Of a stretch of 64,000 nt of DNA, positions 25,382 to 35,800 are shown piece after piece. Below the pieces are notes generated by a model. It was not told the origin of the DNA and made no database searches. It saw nothing but the letters and a program-made list of their open reading frames with translations. Position numbers and translations under genes: made by a program. The stretch lies in contig JAVEVO010000002.1 of NCBI GenBank assembly GCA_034005005.1, forward strand, positions 4,389-68,388, given 5' to 3'. Every line of letters starts with the position of its first letter. Within the stretch, counting starts at the first letter, position 1. The stretch is from Myxococcota bacterium. Lineage in GTDB: Bacteria; Myxococcota_A; JAVEVO01.

Positions 25382-26278
25382 TCACCGCCAGGGCAAATGA
25401 GCGGTCGAGGAGGCCCCGGAGGGGGGTGCGCTCCAGGAGCAGACCAGGGCGTGAGTCCCCACGGGCAGCCCGACGTGCTCGGCGATCACCGGGCACTTCG
25501 CCTTGAGCAGGAAGACCAGCCGACCAGAGACGCCGGAGAGGGTCTCGAAGTTGCCCTGGCCCTTGGCGAGGATCAGGTCCGCACGGCGGAAGCGTTCCTG
25601 GAAGTCCGGGCTGCAGTCGTCGAGGATCGTGCCAGGGGCGTCGGAGCCGTTGGCGATGACCGCCACACGTCCGTCGAACCCCGCGTCCGCCACGTCCGCG
25701 AGGGTCGCGTCGTTGAGCACCGGACGACCACGCACCGCGACCGTCACACGCGCCGGCCCGAGCTGCTCGACGAGCAGGCGGTCCACGACGATCTCCCCGG
25801 CGTTGTCCGCCAGGCAAAGGATGTCGGTGGCCGAGTGGACGGCTTGGCGGAACTGCTCCAGATCACCGTGCAAGGTCACCGGAGCCGCTGCGAGGGCCTC
25901 CCGGACCTGGGCGTCGGACAGCTCGCCCGCGACACCGAGGTCGATGGCGTTGGCCGCGACCGCCAGGCCGGCAGCGGTGAGCAGGGGATCGGCCGCCTGG
26001 TCCACCCGGGCGGCGAGCGCGGGTAGCGCCTCCCGGGCCAGCCGGTTGAAGCGCTGCTTCGCCGCCAGGTACGGATCGGCCACGCCGGTCAGCTCCCGGA
26101 GGCGCCGATGGATCCGCTGCCCCACCCAGGGCGGCGGCCGCTGCAGGTCGAGCTCCAGGGTCAGGCGCAACACATCCCGCAGGATCTGCTCGTGGATCTG
26201 CGGATCGGGGGAGAAGCGCCGGGCCGACTCGAGGCTCTGCCGCAGCAGGCAGGGGATGCAATCGAGATAGGTGTGCAT
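25382..26278 (-). CDS. DUF89 (ARMT1-like damage-control phosphatase/methyltransferase fold) protein
   Basis: MHTYLDCIPCLLRQ…ILCLADNAGEIVVD… matches the DUF89 N-terminal and core motifs. Confidence 0.7.
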   Translation of the reverse strand: MHTYLDCIPCLLRQSLESARRFSPDPQIHEQILRDVLRLTLELDLQRPPPWVGQRIHRRLRELTGVADPYLAAKQRFNRLAREALPALAARVDQAADPLLTAAGLAVAANAIDLGVAGELSDAQVREALAAAPVTLHGDLEQFRQAVHSATDILCLADNAGEIVVDRLLVEQLGPARVTVAVRGRPVLNDATLADVADAGFDGRVAVIANGSDAPGTILDDCSPDFQERFRRADLILAKGQGNFETLSGVSGRLVFLLKAKCPVIAEHVGLPVGTHALVCSWSAPPSGASSTAHLPWR

Positions 26279-26604
26279 CGGAGCGATCAGACCTCCCCTC
26301 CCGGGCAGTGGTCAGGCCCGGGAGACCGAGAAGCTGGACGACCGGCCAACCGCCGCGCGTCGCTGACGCCTGGGCCAGGCCGGAGCGAGGCCCTGGCGAG
26401 GCGGCAAGGTAGCACTGCCAGGAGGGTCGGCACCAGTCCGGGGAGCGGACATGGGTGAGGAGCGAGTACCGAGGCGACGGCCATCCCCCGTGAAGGCCTC
26501 CCGACGAGGTGGCGACGATCTCGCGAGCAGGTGCCCGACCGCAGCGTAACCCTGCGAAAGGACGTGCGCGGGCCGTCTTTTTGGGGGGCGCATGCCTCTT
26601 TGCC

Positions 26605-26634
26605 TTGCAATCGGTGGGACCCTCTCGGTATATC
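26605..26634 (+). promoter_or_regulatory. Candidate promoter TTGCAA-N18-TATATC upstream of the ATP-grasp gene
   Basis: Read directly: ttgcaa (26605-26610) then tatatc (26629-26634), about 95 nt upstream of ATG 26731. Confidence 0.3.
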
Positions 26635-26730
26635 CCGAAAGGATTGAGAAATCGACGCAGCCGGCGTGTCGAGGGGTCCTGTTCCGACGGGCGGGGTCAT
26701 CGCCGAGACGTCGGGAGAGGAGGACCCAGC

Positions 26731-27855
26731 ATGCCGGCCACACTCCCCGCACCCGATATCCCCGTGATCCTGCTGTATTCCCTCGATCCGCAGTGGGAGC
26801 CGGAGGAGCGGACGGGCTGTCGCGCCGAGGCGGCCGAGCTGGTCGCCGCGATGGCCCGGGAGGGGCGCCAGGTTCGCCCCGTCGAGGTCGCCAGCCTCGA
26901 TCCGCTCCGCCCGCTGCGCGGGCTCGATCCCAGCTCCTGCGTGATCTTCAACTGGTGCGAGTCGCTGCCCGGCATCCCGCGCAGCGACGCCCTGATCGCG
27001 CAGGCCCTGGAAGAGGCCGGCTTCACCTTCACCGGCTCCACCGCCGCGGTGCTCGCGCAGAGCTGGGAGAAGCTCCAGGTGAAGCTGCTGCTCGACCAGG
27101 AGGGCATCCCGACGCCCCGCTGGATGCTCTGCCAGCGACCGGGGCTCGCCGGCTGGAACCGCTACCCGGCCATCGTCAAGCCCTGCCGCGAGCACTGCAG
27201 CGTCGGCCTCGACGAGGAGTCGGTGGCCCTCGGGCCGGTCCAGTTGCGGCATCAGATCGCCCGGATCCTGCTCCAGCACCGGCAGCCGGTCCTGGTCGAG
27301 GAGTTCCTCGACGGCCGGGAGGTCCACATCACGGTCTGGGGGGATGGCCGGCTCGAGCTGCTGCCGGCGGCCGAGATGGACTTCTCGGCGTTCGGACGCA
27401 TCCAGGACCGGCTGTGCAACTTCGACTCGAAGTACGTCCCCGGCTCCAGCCACTACGAGCAGATCACCCTGCGGCTGCCGGCACCGCTCACCGCCCGGGA
27501 GCAGCAGCAGCTCACGGCCGTCTGCCTCGCCACCTACCGGGCCCTGGGCTGTCGCGACTACGCCCGGATCGACCTGCGCCAGGCCCCGGACGGGACCTTC
27601 CTCGTCCTCGACGTCAACCCCAACGCCGACCTGTGCCGCGAGACGAGCATGGCCCAGAGCGCAGAGCTGCTGGGCCTGAGCTGGGGGGCGATGGCCGTGC
27701 GGCTCGTGGACCTCGCCCTGCAGCGGCACCCGGCCGTGCGGCGGCGCGGACCGGCTCCGGCGGCGCGTCCCCCCGCCGCGCTCGGGCCCCCCCGGCCGCA
27801 ACCGGCCAGCACCGCCCTCCCGACCGCCGCACGCTGGGCGACGGCCGCGGGCTGA
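26731..27855 (+). CDS. ATP-grasp enzyme, D-alanine--D-alanine ligase family-like
   Basis: GGAGAGGAGG RBS then ATG 26731. The ATP-grasp core is …AIVKPCREHCSVGL…VLVEEFLDGREVHITVWGDG…YARIDLRQAPDGTFLVLDVNPN…. Confidence 0.7.
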   Translation: MPATLPAPDIPVILLYSLDPQWEPEERTGCRAEAAELVAAMAREGRQVRPVEVASLDPLRPLRGLDPSSCVIFNWCESLPGIPRSDALIAQALEEAGFTFTGSTAAVLAQSWEKLQVKLLLDQEGIPTPRWMLCQRPGLAGWNRYPAIVKPCREHCSVGLDEESVALGPVQLRHQIARILLQHRQPVLVEEFLDGREVHITVWGDGRLELLPAAEMDFSAFGRIQDRLCNFDSKYVPGSSHYEQITLRLPAPLTAREQQQLTAVCLATYRALGCRDYARIDLRQAPDGTFLVLDVNPNADLCRETSMAQSAELLGLSWGAMAVRLVDLALQRHPAVRRRGPAPAARPPAALGPPRPQPASTALPTAARWATAAG

Positions 27856-27968
27856 GCCCTCCTCGAGCCGCCCGGCCGACGCGCCCCCCTTCCCCCGCCT
27901 TGCCCACTCTCTTCGCCGCGTGTAGAAGGCACGCCCGCAGCAGGGGGCCATCGCCCCCCGGGAGGTCG

Positions 27969-29633
27969 ATCATCTTCGCGCAGCTCGCCAGCGTCTTGCC
28001 CCAGACGGCCCACGCCATCCTGGTGCTGAGCCTGGTGGCCGCGCTCGGCCTCGGCCTGGGGCGGATCCGGGTGCTCGGGGTCAGCCTCGGGGTCGGCGGC
28101 GTGCTCTTCGTCGGGCTGCTCTTCGGTCACCTCGGGGTGACCATCGACGCCCACGTCATGGAATTCCTCCGGGAGTTCGGGCTGATCCTCTTCGTCTACG
28201 CCATCGGCGTGCAGGTCGGCCCAGGCTTCGTCGCCTCTCTGCGGCGGCACGGGCTGGTGCTCAACGCGCTCGCGGCGGCCATCGTGCTCGGCGGCGCGGC
28301 CATCGCCTGGGGGATCGGTCGACTGGGCGACATCCCGGCCGGCGTCACCGTGGGGCTGTTCTCGGGTGCGACCACCAACACGCCGAGCCTCGCGGCCGCG
28401 CAGCAGGCCCTGCTCGATCTCGGCCAGCGGGGCCGCGCGCTGGTGCAGCAGCCCGGGCTGGGCTACGCGGTCGCCTACCCCTTCGGCGTGCTGGGCGTCA
28501 TCCTGGTCATCGCCTTGCTGCGCAAGGTCCTGCGCATCGATCCCCTGCAAGAGGCGATCGCCCTGCGGCAGTCCGAAGCGCTGCCCGCACCGCAGTCCCT
28601 GAGCGTGCTCGTCGAGAACCGCAACCTCGCCGGGCTCGCGCCGGGCGCGATCCCCGGCCTGAGCGAGGCGCGGGTGGTGATCTCCCGGCTGCTGCAGGAC
28701 GGCGTCCAGCGGGCGGTCCGCCCGGAGCTGCGGGTCCAGGTCGGCGACGTGCTGCACCTCGTGGGCCCGCCGGACGGGCTCGAGAAGATGCGGCTGATCA
28801 TCGGTCGCCAGGCCGACGTCGACCTGCAGAACGTGCCCAGCCCGGTGCTCGCCCGCTCCCTCGTCGTGACCCGCGCCGCAGCCCTCGGCCGCACCCTCGC
28901 CGAGCTGCAGTTGCCCCAGCGCTACGCGGTGACCGTGACCCGGGTCTTCCGGGCCGGCGTCGAGTTCACCCCCACGGGCTCCCTACCCTTGCAGTTCGGG
29001 GACCGCCTGCTCTGCGTCGGCGAGGAGCAGGCCCTCGACGTGGTGGCCCGGCAGGAGCTCGGCAACGCCGTCGAGCTGCTGCAGCAGCCCCAGCTCGCGC
29101 CGGTCTTCATCGGGCTGGCCCTCGGCGTGCTGCTCGGCAGCGTCCCGGTCGCCTTGCCGGGGGTGCCGGTGCCCGTGAAGCTGGGCCTGGCCGGCGGCCC
29201 CCTGGTCGTCGCCATCGTCCTCTCGCGGCTCGGCCACCTCGGCCGCCTGGTCTGGTACATGCCCCTCGGGGCCAACCTGATGATGCGCGAGCTGGGCATC
29301 GCCCTGTTCCTGGCCTGCGTCGGGCTGCGCGCCGGCGATCAGTTCGTGGCGACCCTCACCCACGGCGACGGCCTGAGCTGGATGGCCTGGGCCACCGCGG
29401 TCACCCTGGTGCCCGTGCTCGTCGTCGCCCTCTTCGCCCGGCTGAAGCTGCGCCTCCCCTTCCCGACCCTCTGCGGCCTGCTCTCGGCCAGCATGACCAA
29501 CGTACCAGCGCTGGCCTACTCGGCCTCGCTGCACGAGAGCGACGCCCCCCACGTCTCCTATGCCACGGTCTACCCCCTGGTGATGATCCTGCGGGTGGTC
29601 ACCGCGCAGCTCCTGGTGATGCTCCTGGCCTGA
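27969..29633 (+). CDS. AAE (aspartate:alanine exchanger, YidE/YbjL) family transporter with central TrkA-C/RCK_C domains; start codon ambiguous
   Basis: …IIFAQLASVLPQTAHAILVLSLVAALGLGLGRIRVLGVSLGVGGVLFVGLLFGHLGV…EFGLILFVYAIGVQVGPGF… matches the YidE N-terminus, followed by two RCK_C-like segments and a second transporter half. There is no ATG, GTG or TTG at the expected position. The nearest in-frame candidate is TTG 27900. Confidence 0.7.
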   Translation: MIFAQLASVLPQTAHAILVLSLVAALGLGLGRIRVLGVSLGVGGVLFVGLLFGHLGVTIDAHVMEFLREFGLILFVYAIGVQVGPGFVASLRRHGLVLNALAAAIVLGGAAIAWGIGRLGDIPAGVTVGLFSGATTNTPSLAAAQQALLDLGQRGRALVQQPGLGYAVAYPFGVLGVILVIALLRKVLRIDPLQEAIALRQSEALPAPQSLSVLVENRNLAGLAPGAIPGLSEARVVISRLLQDGVQRAVRPELRVQVGDVLHLVGPPDGLEKMRLIIGRQADVDLQNVPSPVLARSLVVTRAAALGRTLAELQLPQRYAVTVTRVFRAGVEFTPTGSLPLQFGDRLLCVGEEQALDVVARQELGNAVELLQQPQLAPVFIGLALGVLLGSVPVALPGVPVPVKLGLAGGPLVVAIVLSRLGHLGRLVWYMPLGANLMMRELGIALFLACVGLRAGDQFVATLTHGDGLSWMAWATAVTLVPVLVVALFARLKLRLPFPTLCGLLSASMTNVPALAYSASLHESDAPHVSYATVYPLVMILRVVTAQLLVMLLA

Positions 29634-29841
29634 GCCGATCACCTCCGCGCCCCCCGGGGGGGCTCTGCTTTAATTTGAGACAAATAGAATCTCAATTGTA
29701 GATAAACACCGTTCCAGTCATCCACCTGACCAGGGACCGGTTTGAGGATTGACTCTCGCTGCAGTTGTCGATTAGGCTCGTTCCGTTCCAGAAGTCTATT
29801 CTGCAGAGAGCGAAGGCAGCAACCAGCAGCGAGGTAATCTC
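29634..29841 (+). promoter_or_regulatory. AT-rich (about 45% GC) promoter/regulatory island upstream of the giant lipoprotein gene, containing GTTCCAG direct repeats
   Basis: tttaatttgagacaaatagaatctcaattgtagataaac in a roughly 72% GC background. gttccag occurs at 29711 and 29785. GAGGT RBS before ATG 29842. Confidence 0.45.
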
Positions 29842-32800
29842 ATGAGAATCCGCACGCTTTTCCATCCGCTGGTCCGGATCCTGTTGGTCCTGGCCCTGAG
29901 CTTGTCCGCCCTGCCCGGGTGCGGCGGTGAGGCCGACCCAGGCGAGGGCGAGGGCGAGGGCGAGGGCGAGGGCGAGGGCGAGGGCGAGGGTGAGGGCGAA
30001 GGGGAGGGCGAGGGAGAAGGCGAGGGAGAGGGTGAAGGAGAGGGTGCTCCGCCCTGCGTGCCCTGCCCGCCGGGAGCCTCGTATCCTTGCCCCGAGCCCT
30101 GTCCCGGCGGCGCGGGCGGGGTGATGCGCTGCGAGCAGCAGCCGAGCGGCCAATACTGCTGGGCCGCGGCCTGTGACTGCGCCGGGTGCACCGTCGGTCA
30201 GACCATGGCCTGCACCTGCGGCGCCGACCCCGGCGTGCAGAACTGCACCAAGTCGGGCACCTGGGGCTCCTGCATGAAGGACTGCGCCTTGCCCAACCCC
30301 GATGGCGGGCTCGACCTGCCGGGCAAGGCCTTCTGCACCCCGCTCGGCACCTGGAGCGAGTGCACCAGCGGCTGCCCCGAGACCGAGTGCTCCGCGGGAC
30401 AGGTCGCCGACCCGGACTTCGGTTGCGGGTGCTTCGACGCGTATCGCGAGAACATCGACTGCACCAACACGGGCCTGGCGCCCGGTGCAGCCCAGGCCTT
30501 CGGCATCCGCGTCTACCAGAACGGCGCCTGGCGCTGGCAGAACTGCCAGCCACGTTCGTGCCTCAGCGGCTACACCCTCCAGGGGGCGGAGTGCGTCCAG
30601 TGCCAGACCGCGGACCAGTGCGGCCCCGGTGAGGATCTCATCGGTTGCCTCTGCCAGGCCGTGGATTGCCCCCCCGACGAGCTGATCTGCCAGTGCGAGG
30701 CCGACGTCTGCATCAGCGCCAGTTGCGGCCCCGAGTTCTGCCTGCCGGCCAACGGCTGCGAGGCGAAGAACCCCGCCGAGTTCGAGGCGAGCTGCTCGGG
30801 GGGGCCGGTCGAGGAAGAGAAGTGCACGATCTGCCACACCGGCCTCGAGAAGGCCCACGTGCCCTTCCTGAGCTGCGTGGAGTGCCACGGCGGTGACGCG
30901 AGCACGGTCAACGTGCTCCAGGCCCACGTCGCCAAGCCGGCCGCCATGGCCAGCACCTGGAACTCCACCGACCCGGTCACCGGGACATACTTCAACTACC
31001 TGACCCACGTCGGCCTCGAGGACGAGCGGTTCGACGACCCGGCGACGCCCTCGATCCACGAGGGTCTGGCCTGGTTGAAGTTCTCCAACCCGGCCGACCT
31101 GCGGGTGGGCGGCCAGACCTGCGGCAAGGAAGGCTGCCACACGACGATCCTCGGCGCGGTGACCAAGAGCGTCATGGGGACCTCGGCCGGCGTGATCGGC
31201 GGCGCCCACTACGCGCTGGGCCTCGGCCGCCGGGTGAACGGGCTGCCCATCGACACCGAGGCCGCCCGGCTCGCCAGCGTCGCCGCCCGGACCACCCCCC
31301 TGCTCGACGAGGGGATGGTCTCCGAGCCCAACTTCCCCACGGGCACCGCCCGCGAGCTGGCCCCCTACCCCACCGCCGAGCTGCGTGACATCGGCGACAG
31401 CTCCGACGAGGGCCTGGCCGCGATGCTCGAGGACACCATCGACAAGGCCTGCGCCTCCTGCCACGTCGGCAGCAAGGGCGCCAACCGCCGGGCCGGCGAC
31501 TTCCGCTCCGCAGGCTGCTCGGCCTGCCACGTCCTGTACGAGGACGACGGCGTCAGCCGCTCCGCGGACGCCAGCATCCTCAAGACCGAGCCGTACTACG
31601 ACCCCTCCAACCCCGGGGTCGCGGACGCCTACACCGACATCATGCTCAAGCCCGGGCAGCGGCCCCACCCCTACCAGCACCGGCTGACCCGCAAGCTGCC
31701 GTCGCGCCACTGCGCGCACTGCCACAACGAGTCCAACTGGACGGTGATGCAGTTCAAGGGGCAGCGGCCCGATCCCAACGGCGACCTGCAGGCCACCTTC
31801 GGCTGCCAGGAAGGCGGCAACGAGGACAAGTGCCGCTACGACAACTCCCTCGTCGGGGAGAAGCGCCGCCACGGCCTGAAGTACCACCAGATCATCGACT
31901 ACGAGGACCTCAACGGGGACGGGGTCGACGACACCCCCGCGGACGTCCACTTCCTCGCGGGGCTCGACTGCATCGACTGCCACACCCCCACCGAGATGCA
32001 CGGCGACGGCCGCATCCACAGCCGGATGGACCAGGCCACCGAGATCCGCTGCGCCTCCTGCCACGGCACCATCGACAGCTACATCGACCCGGCCCAGTCG
32101 CCGATCCCCAACCTCGTGCGCCAGGGCACCGAGGCCCGCCCCTCCTTCTACCTCAAGTCGAAGATCACCGGGCGGCTGCACTACATCTACCAGGTCAAGG
32201 ACTCGGCCATGGACGTCTCCCCCGGCGCCCGTGACCCCCGCACCGGCGAGCGCGTCTACGCCCGCAACGCCAGCCTCGCACACGGCCGCTGGAACGGTGC
32301 GGAGAACGTCGACGACGGCATCGGGATCAAGTCCCTCGACGCCAGCGCGCCCGACGGGGAGACCACCCGCGACGGCTTCAGCCACGCGGACACCCTGGAG
32401 TGCAACACCTGCCACGCGACCTGGGGCAACATGTGCTACGGCTGCCACCTGACCCTGTCGGACTACGATCCCACGGGCAACGAGCCCCTGTCCGACTTCT
32501 CCAACGTCAGCGGGCTGCTCTCCCCCGGCAAGGTGGTCCAGAAGGACGTGACCTTCGTCTCGATGCTCGACATCCAGCTCGGCGTGAACAGCCGCGGCAA
32601 GGTGTCCCAGTTCACCCCGGGCGGCAAGGTCTTCTTCCGCCACATCACCCACCCCCAGGGTGCCGACGATTTCCAGGGCTCCACGGGCGCGTCCTACCGC
32701 ACCTTCAACGACCGACTGGGCTTCGGCAACCGTGTCGGCGCGGGCCTCGCCTCTCGCGACCCCGACCTCGGCGGGCTGTACAACAGCGACGTGCGGGCGG

Positions 32801-35800
32801 ACCAGAACGGCGCCCTGTCGTTCAACCCGGTGGTCTCCCACACGGTGCAGCGCAAGCCCCGCAACTGCACCCAGTGCCACATCCCGGTCGGCCACACCGC
32901 GACCCCGGCGACGGACCCCTACGCCCGCCAGGCCATGGTGACCTGGGGCGTGGTCCCCGGCGGCGCCTCGCCCGAGACCTCGGCCTTCCTCGCCGAGGTG
33001 CCCCTGACCACCCAGCGGGACTCGGGCAGCACCTTCTCCACCAGCGCCGGCTTCCTGATCCCGGACATGGTGGGTAGCGACGTCGAGGGCAACCCGGCCA
33101 ACACCTTCACCTCCTCGCCGAGCGCGCTCCCCGGCACCACCGCCGGCGACACGGCTGCGCACCGCCTGGACTGGGTCGTGCTCGAGGACGGCTTCCCCCT
33201 GTCCAGCACCTCCCGGCCGCGCCACGAGCCCCCCGGCCCCCTGGCCCGCTTCGGCGCGCCGGGCGGCGGGGCCGGGCCCCTGGCCGCGGAGACCCTGGCC
33301 AAGCTGAAGGACAAGGTGCGGGTCTACGACTTCGCGGAGTTCACCCGGACCGGCAACCTGCTGGCGCCGATCTTCTATCAGGCCGACGTCGACGACAAGG
33401 ACGGCGACGGTTACTGCCCCGCGGGGATCGACGGCAACGGCGACGGCGACTGCTCCGACACGGGAGAGGCAGGCGGCACCGGCCCCTTCGACTGCGACGA
33501 CACCTCGGCCGACGTCAACCCCGACGCGGACGAGGACTGCGCCGACACCATCGACAACAACTGCAACGGGCTCGTCGACGCGCAGGACGGCTCCTGCGAG
33601 GGCGGGCTCGACGGCGACGGGGACGGCTGGTGCCCCGCGGGCCAGGACACCAACGGCGACGGGGACTGCATCGATCCGGGCGAGTCCGACGCCTCCGGTC
33701 CCTTCGACTGCAACGACGAGGACCCGACCCTGAACCCGGCCAAGAGCGAGGACTGCTTCAACGGCAAGGACGACAACTGCAACGCCCGCATCGACGCGGC
33801 CGACCCCGAGTGCTCGAACTACGCGGACAAGGACAAGGACGGGTACTGCCCCGCGGGCAAGGACAACAACGGCGACGGTGACTGCACCGACGAAGGCGAG
33901 CGGCCCGAGGGCGGCCCGGTGGACTGCGACGATGCGACCAAGACCACCGCGCCGGGCGCGACCGAGATCTGCGACAACGGCATCGACGACAACTGCGACC
34001 TGCGCAAGGACTGCGGCTCGGGCTGCGCCGGCTGCCCGGACAGCTCCACCTGCGGGGTGGCCGCGGACTGCCAGAGCGGCGTGTGCAAGGAGGGCCGCTG
34101 CGAGGTGCCCGCCTGCAACGACACCGTGCGCAACGGCAAGGAGACCGACGTCGACTGCGGCGGCGGCATCTGCCCCGCGTGTGCGGACACCAAGGCCTGC
34201 ACCCTGGCCAGCGATTGCACCAGCCTCGTCTGCACCGGCAACATCTGCCGGGCGCCGGCCTGCAACGACACGGTGAAGAACGGCACCGAGAGCGACATCG
34301 ACTGCGGCCCGGGCTGCAGCAAGTGCGCGGACTTCCTCCGCTGCACCGCGGCGGCGGACTGCGTCTCCGGCGTCTGCACCGCGAACCAGTGCAAGGCCCC
34401 CTCCTGCACCGACCGGGTGCTCAACGGCGAGGAGACGGCCATCGACTGCGGCGGCACCTGCACCAAGTGCCGCGACAACCAGGCCTGCGCCTCCGACCTC
34501 GACTGCGTCTCCGGGGTCTGCATCGGCGCGGTGTGTCAGGCCGCGACCTGCACCGACGGCGTGCACAACGGCACCGAGACCGACGAGGACTGCGGCGGGA
34601 GCTGCCGCAACACCGCGAAGTGCGAGGACTACCTGAAGTGCACGGTCCACGCGGACTGCGTCAGCGGCGTCTGCACCCAGAACCTCTGCCAGGCGCCGAG
34701 CTGCACCGACCGGGTGAAGAACGGCGACGAGACCGCCTTGGACTGCGGCGGCTCGTGCGATCCCTGCGCAGACCGGGCGACCTGCTCCATCGGCTTCGAC
34801 TGCGAGAGCGGCGTCTGCTCCGGCGGGACCTGCCAGGTGCCGACCTGCGAGGACGGCGTGAAGAACGGGGACGAGGCCGACCGCGACTGCGGCGCGGTCT
34901 GCCCCAACCAGTGCGCCACGCAGAAGACTTGCGTCATCGGCGACGACTGCGTCAGCGGCGTCTGCGAGAACAAGCGCTGCCAGCCGGCCGCCTGCGACGA
35001 TGGGGAGCAGAACGGCAACGAGACCGACACCGACTGCGGCGGCGACTGCCGCCCCTGCGACACCAACGGGAGCTGCAAGCTCGCCCGGGATTGCGCCAGC
35101 GGCGTCTGCAAGCAGCTCGTCTGCAAGGCCGCGGCCTGCAACGACGAGGTCCAGAACGGCCTGGAGACCGACGTCGACTGCGGCGGGCTCTGCGATCGCT
35201 GCGCCGACAACAAGACCTGCGCGGTCGGCACCGACTGCGCGAGCGGCGTGTGCGCGGGCAGCATCTGCCGCAAGGCGACCTGCGAGGACCGCGTGAAGAA
35301 CGGCGACGAGACCGACGTCGACTGCGGCGGCGGTTGCCCCCTGGATTGTGCGGTCGACAAGGGCTGCCTGAGCGGCGACGACTGCCTCAGCAAGGTCTGC
35401 ACCGGGCTGAAGTGCGTCGCGGCGACCTGCGCGGACGGCACCAAGAACGGCACCGAGACCGACAAGGACTGCGGCGGCGGCTGCCAGGCCAAGTGTGCGC
35501 CGGAGCAGGGCTGCACGGTCGGCGGGGACTGCACCACCGGCGTCTGCCTCGCGGGGGTGTGCCAGATCGCCAAGTGCGACGACCTCGTGAAGAACGGCCA
35601 GGAGACCGACATCGACTGCGGCGGCGGCTGCGCGGCGAAGTGCGCGGACGGCAAGGGCTGCGGCCTCGGCAGCGACTGCTACAACAAGGTCTGCACCGAC
35701 AAGATCTGCCGCGAGCCGGCCTGCAACGACTTCGTGCAGAACGGCAACGAGGCGGCCGTGGACTGCGGCGGCTCCTGCCCCACCCGCTGCGCGGACCTCT

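Noticed and set aside
26300-26322. cccgggc-N9-gcccggg hairpin as a terminator
   Set aside because: It lies upstream of the DUF89 start, in a divergent promoter region between the DUF89 gene and the ATP-grasp gene, not downstream of any gene.
26592-29633. 1013-aa plus-strand ORF as one gene
   Set aside because: Only the last about 555 aa (AAE transporter) carry family signatures. The upstream 450 aa is an out-of-frame read-through of the ATP-grasp gene (real frame 26731..27855).
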